Assembly (NCBI GenBank): GCA_963739395.1
Contig: CAVUAE010000001.1
Location: 1,386,930-1,450,929, forward strand
Direction: 5' to 3'
Source: an uncultured Chloroflexia bacterium
GTDB taxonomy: Bacteria; Chloroflexota; Dehalococcoidia; Dehalococcoidales; RBG-16-60-22
DNA: 64,000 nt
This document shows positions 49,470-57,801 of the stretch, in pieces (positions within the stretch are counted from its first letter, which is position 1; every line of letters starts with the position of its first letter). Both the position numbers and the translations under genes were made by a program. The notes under the pieces were generated by a model, which saw only the letters and a list, made by a program, of their open reading frames with translations, ran no database searches and was not told where the DNA came from.

Positions 49470-49643
49470 ATTCGCACCTCTTAAGAAGAATTCATGCGCA
49501 CTTTCTTGTAATTATACTTCATATCAAATAATGCGCATATTAGTAAATCTAGCTACATCAATGGCGCTCATTGGCAAATAAAGTATGCACATTTATGGTA
49601 TTTTAATACTAAGAAGGGTTTAAGTCAATAGGGAGGCACGGAA

Positions 49644-49856
49644 ATGGTGGAAGACAGATTAACCTTGTCGGTAGAAGAGTGTGCGAGACGGCTTGGGATA
49701 GGGCGCAATTCGGCTTATGAGGCTGTAGCCAGGGGCGAAATCCCGGTGATCAGAGTTGGCAAACGCATGCTAGTGCCGAAGGCACAACTGGACAAGCTCT
49801 TGGCTGGTGAAATTCCTTCGGTCAAATCCCCCCAAAAAGGAACGGTCGAGTCTTAA
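49644..49856 (+). CDS. Excisionase-like HTH_17 protein
   Basis: LSVEECARRLGIGRNSAYEAV.RGEIP.IRVGKR.LVP. Confidence 0.9.
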   Translation: MVEDRLTLSVEECARRLGIGRNSAYEAVARGEIPVIRVGKRMLVPKAQLDKLLAGEIPSVKSPQKGTVES

Positions 49857-50027
49857 CAGAACCGGCAAAGGGAATGGTTAACACTTTTTTCTCATTATTC
49901 GTAGTGAAAATGATCCGGCTGAGTGCGTTAGTTATCCATGCTTGGCTACATAGCCAGGAGAGGCCATTATTGTCGATTAGTCTTAGGGTGAAACAGGCGT
50001 GCAAGCATCACGATTAGGAGAAACGGT

Positions 50028-50792
50028 ATGCGACGAAAGGAATCCATAAAACCCTTACAGAATGTTGGAAGAGCTATCAAACCAGATCGAGCCTACCTGG
50101 AACCTGATGAAGTGGCACGCCTGGAGGAGTCAGCTACCAACCTCAGGGATTGATTGCTTATCAGGCTGCTCTTCCATCTTGGGTGTCGCATTAGTGAAGC
50201 CTTAGCTCTTGAGGTAAAGGATATAGATTTTACTCAAGGCATGGTTACCATCGAGCACCTTAAATCACGCATCAAGCTAGCATGCCCTAAGTGCGGCGCC
50301 CGGTTAGGGAAGAGCCACAAATTCTGCCCACTCTGCGGCAATGGCGTCGAGAAGGCATTGGCTCAAGAGCAAGAGCACCGCCGAATGAGAAAACTACCTC
50401 TGGATGGGGATACCTTAGAAATGCTGAAAGATTACATCCAGCGTGGTGGGCCAATTCTAAGAGAAGGCAAAAGACTCATTTTCGGTATTAATCGGCATCG
50501 CGGCTGGCAAATCATTCGAGAATGTGCCCAGAGGGCAGGCTTACCCAGACTGATTAATTCCGAGACTGGGAAGATACACAATGTGAGCCCTCATCGATTG
50601 AGAGATGCTTTCGCCGTTCACGCAGTAAAACTTGATGATTCTGGAGATGGATTACGTATGTTACAAGAACACCTTGGTCACGCCAGCTTCAACACAACTG
50701 CGAAATATCGTAAAGTCGCCGGTGAGGAACTGAAGTCTTGGTATGAAAAGCTTTGGGGGAAATCCGATGGTTCTGAAATCGCTAAGACCTAA
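50028..50792 (+). pseudogene. Tyrosine recombinase with zinc-ribbon insertion, interrupted by one in-frame TGA (50151-50153)
   Basis: ATG 50028 (AGGAG RBS) reads ...YLEPDEV..LEE..TNLRD*LLIRLLFHLGCRISE; then CPKC/CPLC, HRLR, LGH, TTAKY. Confidence 0.8.
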
Positions 50793-51282
50793 ACGTGGGG
50801 GATTCCTTCGACTAATTGGTTTAGGCTTATTTATCCGGAACTACCTCCTCGGTAGGGGACCGTTAGGAGCGCAGCGGATTGATCCGGCCGAAGGTTCATA
50901 TCAAGCCGATATCTTCTACCAATATAAAATGGCATTGATTCGAACCACCGCTGTTGACCGAGCCACTAGGTTAGAGGAAAAGCGTGCGAAAAAAGAGAAA
51001 CGGGTTATAGACCCAATCCGAATTGAACAACTGACCGAAAGGCTCATCGCCCGTATGCCTTACAAGGCACAGGGCTGCCGTTCCCACAGTTTTACTACTT
51101 ACTTTTCAACCATCCAGAAGTTGGGCTGGGTGGAAGCTACTGGCAGGGAAGAACCGTCGGCCTTCCAAGAGCATTACCCAGCGGGCCAGCCCCGCAAGTA
51201 TTTCAGGCTCACTCAAGCTGGGTTAAATGCAAGTGACGATGACTGGGCGAATCCTCATCGTGCGCTCTACGGACGGAGCTAA
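50767..51282 (+). CDS. Hypothetical protein with winged-helix-like C-terminus
   Basis: TYFSTIQKLGWVE...PRKYFRLTQAG (PadR-like wing); GGGGGA RBS. Confidence 0.7.
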   Translation: MVLKSLRPKRGGFLRLIGLGLFIRNYLLGRGPLGAQRIDPAEGSYQADIFYQYKMALIRTTAVDRATRLEEKRAKKEKRVIDPIRIEQLTERLIARMPYKAQGCRSHSFTTYFSTIQKLGWVEATGREEPSAFQEHYPAGQPRKYFRLTQAGLNASDDDWANPHRALYGRS

Positions 51283-51523
51283 AGCCGGAACTGGCAGGTT
51301 CAGCTTGGTTAAGCCAGCAACTATCAATCTCTAAAATCCCTCATTTTTCAAGACCCTTCTCCAGACCTCCTTGGTCTCATGTAAATATAGGTTCATTTTG
51401 AAATATCACTTTCCTTCCTTTTGTTGGATGATAAGGCTGGAGAACCGAGCACCTTAACAATTGAATATAGTCAAACCTGAACGCTTGCCTCACAGGGCAA
51501 ATAAGCTCAAAGGGGGTCAAGCG

Positions 51524-52282
51524 ATGGTAACGGCGGTAATATCACTAGCACCTGCACCGCAAGGGCATTGTAACCGATGCGGTAAGGTCTGGACACTACA
51601 GGAGAGGCAGGGCGTTTGCCGGTGGTGCGGTAAGACTGCTACTTGTCAAAGCTCCACTTCAAAGCCCCGCCATATCAAGTCTAGCCGACGGCGAAAGCAA
51701 AGGCAAGCTGACGGCAACGGTAACGGCTATGACCAGCTTAACGGCGAATGGCTAACCTATTATAAGATAGCTTCCCGATTTAACCACAAAGCAAAGGCAG
51801 GGGATAGAGAGGACTTACTCCATGACATCATCTTGACCCTTGCCGTAGCCGAGCGGAATAACGGTCATAAGCCCTTCACGGAAGCGACCATGCATCGGAT
51901 AGCTAGCCGAGCGCAAGCCGACTACTGGAGAGCACAATACAAGCTCAATAGCGGCTTAACGTGCTGTAGCTGTAGCAAGGCACAACGGCAAAAGTGTAAA
52001 GAGGACTACCTATATACCGAGTGTCCGAAGGCTATCAAGATTGAGAGCCTGAATAAGCCCATACTTGACAGTGAAGGCAATACCACGGAACTCGGAGAGT
52101 TGATAACCGATGATAATGCGATTGACCTTGCCGATTGGGTGAACATCAAGACCTTTTTGTTAGGGTGTCCCGATAGGCTACTATTCATAGCCGATAAGAT
52201 ACGACAAGGGGAAGCATTAACACCAGTTGAGCATAACTACCTTTGGCGATTTCGGAAACGAGAGCAAAATTCTTTGTTTTAG
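51524..52282 (+). CDS. Zinc-finger plus sigma-70 region 2-like protein
   Basis: CNRC..CRWC; DREDLLHDI...MHRIASRAQADYWR; internal Cys cluster; ESLN.P...EG...ELGELI.D. Confidence 0.6.
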   Translation: MVTAVISLAPAPQGHCNRCGKVWTLQERQGVCRWCGKTATCQSSTSKPRHIKSSRRRKQRQADGNGNGYDQLNGEWLTYYKIASRFNHKAKAGDREDLLHDIILTLAVAERNNGHKPFTEATMHRIASRAQADYWRAQYKLNSGLTCCSCSKAQRQKCKEDYLYTECPKAIKIESLNKPILDSEGNTTELGELITDDNAIDLADWVNIKTFLLGCPDRLLFIADKIRQGEALTPVEHNYLWRFRKREQNSLF

Positions 52283-52422
52283 GGTATTAGATTTTAGCCC
52301 ATTTCCACGACTTATATAGTGGCAGTACCGTTAAGGCTAGCGTCTCGCAGCTTAACGGAAGCTGACTACTAGGTGAAGCTGGCAGATTTGCCCACTAGCC
52401 AGATAGCCAATAAGGGGGTTAA

Positions 52423-53622
52423 GTGGAAAAACTTAATATTGTGGGCAAGCGTTCAGGTAACGGCTTTGTAGCTCATAGAGCTACGCTGGTAAACGCCCTG
52501 TCCAGAGCATTAGCAGAAAGGCTGATGCTGGTGGACTTTACCATTGGGCGGAAAGGATTACTCGGTTACCTTAAGGCGATTGCGGGGTCAAACGTGGTCA
52601 AGGTTGTCCCTGCCAATGGTGCTGATAGCGAGTCGCATGGCATCGGGAAACGCCTCAAGGTAATTTGCGGTAGTAATACCAGTTACCTTGAGGACATGGC
52701 ATGGGTGGGGGATAAAACCCCCATGACCCTAGCCGAGGTTAGGGTAAGCCCTAACAACGCTGTCAAGCCTAACATCGGGAATGTTGAGCTTGCCGAGGCA
52801 CTTAACAGAACGCTACCCTTCACCGCTACCGAGGACAATAGACCTGTGTTACAGTGTGTGTTGTTCAAGGCTGGTGAGGGGATGCTAAAGCTGGTAGGTG
52901 CTGATGGTTTCAGGCTGGCAGTCCAGAGCATAGACTTTGACGGTGAGGGACAAGCCCTGATTAACCGTGACGACCTGTGGGGGATTGCCAACGCCCTGCG
53001 TAAAGCAAGGCGAGTGAACGTTAGCTTTGAAAAGAGCGGTGAGAGCCTTGACGGAATGAAGCTGATTATTGATACCGAAGCAATTCGGTATAGCTTCGTA
53101 AGTGCCGATGGCACTTTCCCCGATTATGAGAAGCTCATTCCGAAAGAGGCAAAAACCGTTGTCCACTTTGACACCGTTGAGGCTGGCAAGGCGATAAGCT
53201 CCCTTAAGGTGCTCGCCGATAGCAAGTCCTACCCGATAGACCTCACTTTTGATAACGGCATGGTGATGCTGTCTAGCCCCGATGATAAGGGGCGGGCGGT
53301 AATGCCAGCCGATATTGAGGGCGAGGTCAATAAGGTGCGTCTTGACGGCAAGTATCTCGCCGATGCCTTAAGAGCCTGTAGCGGTATGGTGGAATTGAAG
53401 CTCACCGATAGCAGGTCGCCAGTCCTCTTTCAGGTTGACGGTTATTTGCTTGTTACCATGCCGATGCTGACCAACGCCGATAAGCCAATCGAGCCGAAAG
53501 CCGAGCCAGCGCCAGCCGAGGCAACCGAGGTTGCCGAGGCAATAGCCGAAGCCGAGGAAATCACCAAAGCCAAGAAGCCAAAGCGGAAGCGAAGCAAGGC
53601 AAAAGAACCAGTAGCCGTATAG
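52423..53622 (+). CDS. DNA polymerase III beta-clamp-like protein, divergent N-terminus, Ala/Lys-rich tail
   Basis: DNRPVLQCV, GADGFRLA, GTFPDYEKLIP, LDGKYLADAL, MPM. Confidence 0.8.
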   Translation: MEKLNIVGKRSGNGFVAHRATLVNALSRALAERLMLVDFTIGRKGLLGYLKAIAGSNVVKVVPANGADSESHGIGKRLKVICGSNTSYLEDMAWVGDKTPMTLAEVRVSPNNAVKPNIGNVELAEALNRTLPFTATEDNRPVLQCVLFKAGEGMLKLVGADGFRLAVQSIDFDGEGQALINRDDLWGIANALRKARRVNVSFEKSGESLDGMKLIIDTEAIRYSFVSADGTFPDYEKLIPKEAKTVVHFDTVEAGKAISSLKVLADSKSYPIDLTFDNGMVMLSSPDDKGRAVMPADIEGEVNKVRLDGKYLADALRACSGMVELKLTDSRSPVLFQVDGYLLVTMPMLTNADKPIEPKAEPAPAEATEVAEAIAEAEEITKAKKPKRKRSKAKEPVAV

Positions 53623-53639
53623 CTTAAGCCGAAAACTTG

Positions 53640-53658
53640 TCCCGTACTTGATACGGGA
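53640..53658. repeat. Free family-B hairpin
   Basis: TCCCGTAC-TTG-ATACGGGA preceded by CTTG. Confidence 0.65.
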
Positions 53659-53688
53659 TTGAACGCTTGACCGAACAGAAAGCCACGC

Positions 53689-53721
53689 AAAAGAGGCGAG
53701 GGTTTACTCTCGCCTCTTTTT
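53689..53721 (+). terminator. Rho-independent terminator
   Basis: AAAAGAGGCGAGGG-TTTA-CTCTCGCCTCTTTTT. Confidence 0.8.
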
Positions 53722-53744
53722 GTCTTTTTCAGGGGTAATCGTTC

Positions 53745-53775
53745 CCCTTCAGGGAGAACCTTCAGGGTGAACCCT
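53745..53775. repeat. 27-bp family-C micro-insertion inside a CGTTCCC/GGGAACG hairpin
   Basis: CCCT-TCAGGGAGAA-CCT-TCAGGGTGAA-CCCT. Confidence 0.8.
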
Positions 53776-53988
53776 ACGTGGGAACGGCTACTCCTTTTTT
53801 GTTTGTGGCAGAAAAGGCAGGAAGCGCCGATGCCCGATGGCAGTGCAGGGCACGATGGCAGGGATACTACCGGCGGTTGCGTACTTAATGGAAGTCCACT
53901 TGGACAGATGCATAGTACGAATTACAACCAAAAAGAGTAGGCGCTCCTAGGAATTCACAGGAAATTTATTTGAAAAGGAGGAGCCAAT

Positions 53989-54177
53989 ATGGCAGACAAG
54001 GACACTATCTTTGTCCTCAGTAGGGAAGATGTCATCGGGTGTGCCAGAGAGATGGGTATCCCCAAAGAAGCGATAACCGATGACATTCTTGCCCAGGTGA
54101 AGAAGGGCGTGGAGTGGGGACTGGAGTGCTGGTCTGAGGTCGTGAAGGAAGCCATCAGCATGTCTCTCAAGAGCTAG
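53989..54177 (+). CDS. Hypothetical protein
   Basis: 62 aa; AGGAGG RBS. Confidence 0.7.
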   Translation: MADKDTIFVLSREDVIGCAREMGIPKEAITDDILAQVKKGVEWGLECWSEVVKEAISMSLKS

Positions 54178-54282
54178 CCTGTAATCCTTTCACTCTGACG
54201 CCTAATTCGGTTAAGCGTCAGAGATGAGCGGGTTACCGCTCAAATCTACAGGGCTACCTATGCCCTGGGAAGGAGTGATATT

Positions 54283-54615
54283 GTGCCTATAAAATGGAGC
54301 GCCTTGAAGATGAGCGAGGCAGCCGACAAGATTGAAGAACTCATCAACCAGGCAGCGGAGCCACTAGAACAAGCCAGGATTGTTGCCCTAGAGGCCCAGA
54401 AGATAGACAGCCTGCCTCAGTACATCGAGCAGGGACTCAACTCTATCCTTGCCGAAATTGAGAGAGTCACTGGCGGCGAGGTTTCCTGGAGCAAAGAGCA
54501 TCAGGATGGCAGTATCAAACGAGCCATTGACAGGCTTCGCGACGATATACCGAAAGATGCCATACAGTCCGACCAGGCCAGCCAGAAGTATGGCAGCACA
54601 CAAGCCTTTGTCTAA
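54283..54615 (+). CDS. Hypothetical helical protein
   Basis: 110 aa; AAGGAG RBS. Confidence 0.7.
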   Translation: MPIKWSALKMSEAADKIEELINQAAEPLEQARIVALEAQKIDSLPQYIEQGLNSILAEIERVTGGEVSWSKEHQDGSIKRAIDRLRDDIPKDAIQSDQASQKYGSTQAFV

Positions 54616-54710
54616 AACTGTCTCGAAGTGATGCATTTTGATGTAAATTGTATCACTTCCAGGGGCTACCCATGCCTGAAATGGGAGATTAAAAGAAAGG
54701 ATGATAACGA

Positions 54711-55202
54711 TTGACAACTGAAAAACAGATTGATAAAGGCATCTCCGATATCGTGGGTGTCTTTACTGACCCTATTCTTGTTTTTCCTGGGGGATGGGGT
54801 GATAGCCTTCCCGACTGGCTCAAGGGAGCTATCACCATGGAGCGGCTGATGATGAACTTTGGGGTACTCAAGGGTGAAGCGATGACTGGTACGGATGCCG
54901 AGGCCTGCGCCTATCTCATGACGGTTTCACTGACCCAACCCATGGACAGCGACTGGTCAGAAATCTACCTCTACGTCGCTGGCAAGACATACTCACGCCA
55001 TAAACAAGGCGGTCTACCAGAGGATATCCGGGTGGAGTCGCTGCGGGATGACCAGATGAGAGACCTCGACCAGCTGAAGGCATGGCTCTATCGGCAGCGA
55101 ACAACAATAAGGCTGGAGCGGGACCGCGCCGATCGACGGGAGCGCAAAGAGATAGCCGTGGCTGAAAGGGAGGCGTTGCAGCCGGTGTTGTTTGAGTTCT
55201 AG
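54711..55202 (+). CDS. Hypothetical protein
   Basis: 163 aa; AAGGA RBS; ends QPVLFEF. Confidence 0.75.
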   Translation: MTTEKQIDKGISDIVGVFTDPILVFPGGWGDSLPDWLKGAITMERLMMNFGVLKGEAMTGTDAEACAYLMTVSLTQPMDSDWSEIYLYVAGKTYSRHKQGGLPEDIRVESLRDDQMRDLDQLKAWLYRQRTTIRLERDRADRRERKEIAVAEREALQPVLFEF

Positions 55203-55224
55203 AAACAACTAGTATCTACTTGGA

Positions 55225-55260
55225 AAGAGGGCTGGGGGGTTGTCCCCCAGCCCTCTTTTT
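55225..55260 (+). terminator. Rho-independent terminator
   Basis: AAGAGGGCTGGGGG-GTTGT-CCCCCAGCCCTCTTTTT. Confidence 0.85.
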
Positions 55261-55368
55261 GTGCCTATTACACAAAACAAGCTTTTGTGACTTTTAGTAA
55301 ACAGAATTAACTGTTATTAAAGCAAGTAATACACTAGACTGATTCTCACAAGTAGTAGTTTAAAGAAG

Positions 55369-55402
55369 TTCAGCCCCCAGAATGTGATAGCTGGGGGCTG
55401 AA
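55369..55402 (-). terminator. Terminator hairpin for the surface-protein genes
   Basis: TTCAGCCCCCAG-N10-CTGGGGGCTGAA. Confidence 0.7.
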
Positions 55403-55419
55403 AATGTCTAATTGTTCAA

Positions 55420-57786
55420 TTAGCCTCTTTTTTTGGCAAAGATAAAGATAGCCAAGCCTATGATTACAATCCCTCCGATAATCCCTCCAACCAACGGCCA
55501 ATTGAAGCCCTTACCCTCCGATGTTTCTGTTGGAGTAGGTGTGGGTGTAGGCGTTGGAGTAGGTGTGGGTGTAGGCGTAGGTGTGATTGTTGGCGTTAGA
55601 GTAGGTGTAGGCGTTGGCGTAGGTGTGGGTGTTGGTGTTGGTGTTGGCGTAGGTGTAGGCGTTGGTGTAATGGTGCCGATCATGGCGAAGGTGGAAAAGT
55701 GGGAGATGTCGCCCATTACGCAGTTGACTTCCGAGTCGCATGTGCATTCACATGTTACCCATTTGCCAGCATTCGCATCGTAGTACGCTATGGCCAAGTC
55801 TGCCTCGACTGTCCCTTCAGGTAAAGCATCATGGGTGTATTTCCATTCAAAGGTTATGTCTGGGACAAAGGTGACACCATTAGGTCCGAAGTTATAAGCT
55901 AGCCCAATGATATTGGCATTCGTGGGTGGGGCCGGCGGGTTAGAAAAAACTTCCGCCGTCATGCTTGTAGGCGGGTTGCCATATTTATCCAGGACTTTGG
56001 AGCCCTTAGGAATGGTGATGGTTAATTTGCCATCTGGTGACGTGGCTGTAAATGTCGCCTGTACTATACCACTGCTATCAACCTTGAAACTCGATTGGGT
56101 TCCAAAGAAGTTTATTGCGACAGTCGTTGTACCACCTCCCCCACCTCCTCCACCCCCTCCACCGCCACCCCCGCCATCACTTGCCCTGGTCACGGTTATG
56201 GTGTAAGTCTTTGTGGTGGTAGTGTCCTGGGCAGTAACCACCACAGTGATGGTATTGTCGCCAACGCTCAAGCTGATAGCCCCGGACGCACTGCCGCTGG
56301 CAACCGTAGTGCCGTTAACTTTAATGGTAGCGTGGCTTTCAGTAGCCGTTGGCGTAACGGTGATGGAGCTTACGGTGTTAGCGACGCTATCAGTGTAGGT
56401 GATGGTGCCGGAAGCAAAGGCCGGGGTAAGCGTGCCGGAACTGATGGTAAGATTGCTCAGAGTGGCGTCACTAGATCCCAGTGCTGCCCTGGTCACGGTT
56501 ATGGTGTAAGTCTTTGTGGTAGTAGTGTCCTGGGCAGTAACCACCACAGTGATGGTATTGTCGCCAACGCTCAAGCTGATAGCCCCGGACGCACTGCCGC
56601 TGGCAACCGTAGTGCCGTTAACTTTAATGGTAGCGTGGCTTTCAGTAGCCGTTGGCGTAACGGTGATGGAGCTTACGGTGTTAGCGACGCTATCAGTGTA
56701 GGTGATGGTGCCGGAAGCAAAGGCCGGGGTAAGCGTGCCGGAACTGATGGTAAGATTGCTCAGAGTGGCGTCACTAGATCCCAGTGCTGCCCTGGTCACG
56801 GTTATGGTGTAAGTCTTTGTGGTAGTAGTGTCCTGGGCAGTAACCACCACAGTGATGGTATTGTCGCCAACGCTCAAGCTGATAGCCCCGGACGCACTGC
56901 CGCTGGCAACCGTAGTGCCGTTAACTTTAATGGTAGCGTGGCTTTCAGTAGCCGTTGGCGTAACGGTGATGGAGCTTACGGTGTTAGCGACGCTATCAGT
57001 GTAGGTGATGGTGCCGGAAGCAAAGGCCGGGGTAAGCGTGCCGGAACTGATGGTAAGATTGCTCAGAGTGGCGTCACTAGATCCCAGTGCTGCCCTGGTC
57101 ACGGTTATGGTGTAAGTCTTTGTGGTAGTAGTGTCCTGGGCAGTAACCACCACAGTGATGGTATTGTCGCCAACGCTCAAGCTGATAGCCCCGGACGCAC
57201 TGCCGCTGGCAACCGTAGTGCCGTTAACTTTAATGGTAGCGTGGCTTTCAGTAGCCGTTGGCGTAACGGTGATGGAACTCACGCTGTTAGCGACGCTGTC
57301 AGTGTAGGTGATGGTGCCGGAAGCAAAGGCCGGGGTAAGCGTGCCGGAACTGATGGTAAGATTGCTTAAGGTGGCGTCACTGGATGGAACCGTCAGGTTG
57401 AGATGGGTTATGCCGCCATAAGCAAAAGTTCCAGTTTGCGCTGCGGTGGTGCCAACGTAGAATTGAATGGTGTCACCGGCAACCCCACCTTCTTTTACTG
57501 CTGACGTGTCCGGGTCATCGGCAGGCACCTGAAAGTTATAGTTGCCTGAAGAATCTACGGTCGTTGTCGCATATTGGACGCCAGTTATATTGGCTGTGAT
57601 TACGGTCTCCGTTGGTGCCTGAACATCACCAATTGTCACACTGCCATAAAACTGGTGTGGCATAGTCGGCACTGCCAGAACTGGAGTGCTAGCAAAAAGG
57701 CAGAGGGTTAGCAGGAGCCCTAAGGCTCCTGCTAACCGACCGGCGATTCTCTTATTTATTTTATGTCCTTTTAGCCGATTTTTCAT
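55420..57786 (-). CDS. Cell-surface protein with 4 cadherin-like beta-sandwich repeats, Gly linker, PT stalk and C-terminal TM anchor
   Basis: Signal peptide; SSDATLSNLTISSGTLTPAFASG...KTYTITVTRA x4; (PT)n; WPLVGGIIGG...KKRG. Confidence 0.9.
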   Translation of the reverse strand: MKNRLKGHKINKRIAGRLAGALGLLLTLCLFASTPVLAVPTMPHQFYGSVTIGDVQAPTETVITANITGVQYATTTVDSSGNYNFQVPADDPDTSAVKEGGVAGDTIQFYVGTTAAQTGTFAYGGITHLNLTVPSSDATLSNLTISSGTLTPAFASGTITYTDSVANSVSSITVTPTATESHATIKVNGTTVASGSASGAISLSVGDNTITVVVTAQDTTTTKTYTITVTRAALGSSDATLSNLTISSGTLTPAFASGTITYTDSVANTVSSITVTPTATESHATIKVNGTTVASGSASGAISLSVGDNTITVVVTAQDTTTTKTYTITVTRAALGSSDATLSNLTISSGTLTPAFASGTITYTDSVANTVSSITVTPTATESHATIKVNGTTVASGSASGAISLSVGDNTITVVVTAQDTTTTKTYTITVTRAALGSSDATLSNLTISSGTLTPAFASGTITYTDSVANTVSSITVTPTATESHATIKVNGTTVASGSASGAISLSVGDNTITVVVTAQDTTTTKTYTITVTRASDGGGGGGGGGGGGGGGTTTVAINFFGTQSSFKVDSSGIVQATFTATSPDGKLTITIPKGSKVLDKYGNPPTSMTAEVFSNPPAPPTNANIIGLAYNFGPNGVTFVPDITFEWKYTHDALPEGTVEADLAIAYYDANAGKWVTCECTCDSEVNCVMGDISHFSTFAMIGTITPTPTPTPTPTPTPTPTPTPTPTLTPTITPTPTPTPTPTPTPTPTPTETSEGKGFNWPLVGGIIGGIVIIGLAIFIFAKKRG
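56182..57384. repeat. Four tandem 303-bp repeats, near-identical
   Basis: Units start at 56182, 56485, 56788 and 57091. Confidence 0.95.
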
Positions 57787-57801
57787 TTCATTCCTCTAAT
57801 C

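Noticed and set aside
50151-50153. In-frame TGA as selenocysteine
   Set aside because: The position corresponds to Arg in the LRDR motif, not Cys, and no convincing SECIS hairpin follows.
54181-54240. Hairpin as a hammerhead ribozyme
   Set aside because: CTGACGC lacks the CUGANGA core and there is no three-way junction.
55528-56180. (PT)n and poly-Gly tracts as phase-variation microsatellites
   Set aside because: They are codon-degenerate, in-frame protein linkers.
56095-57369. 424-aa plus-strand ORF and other antisense ORFs across the window
   Set aside because: Shadows of well-supported genes on the opposite strand, with no RBS or motifs.
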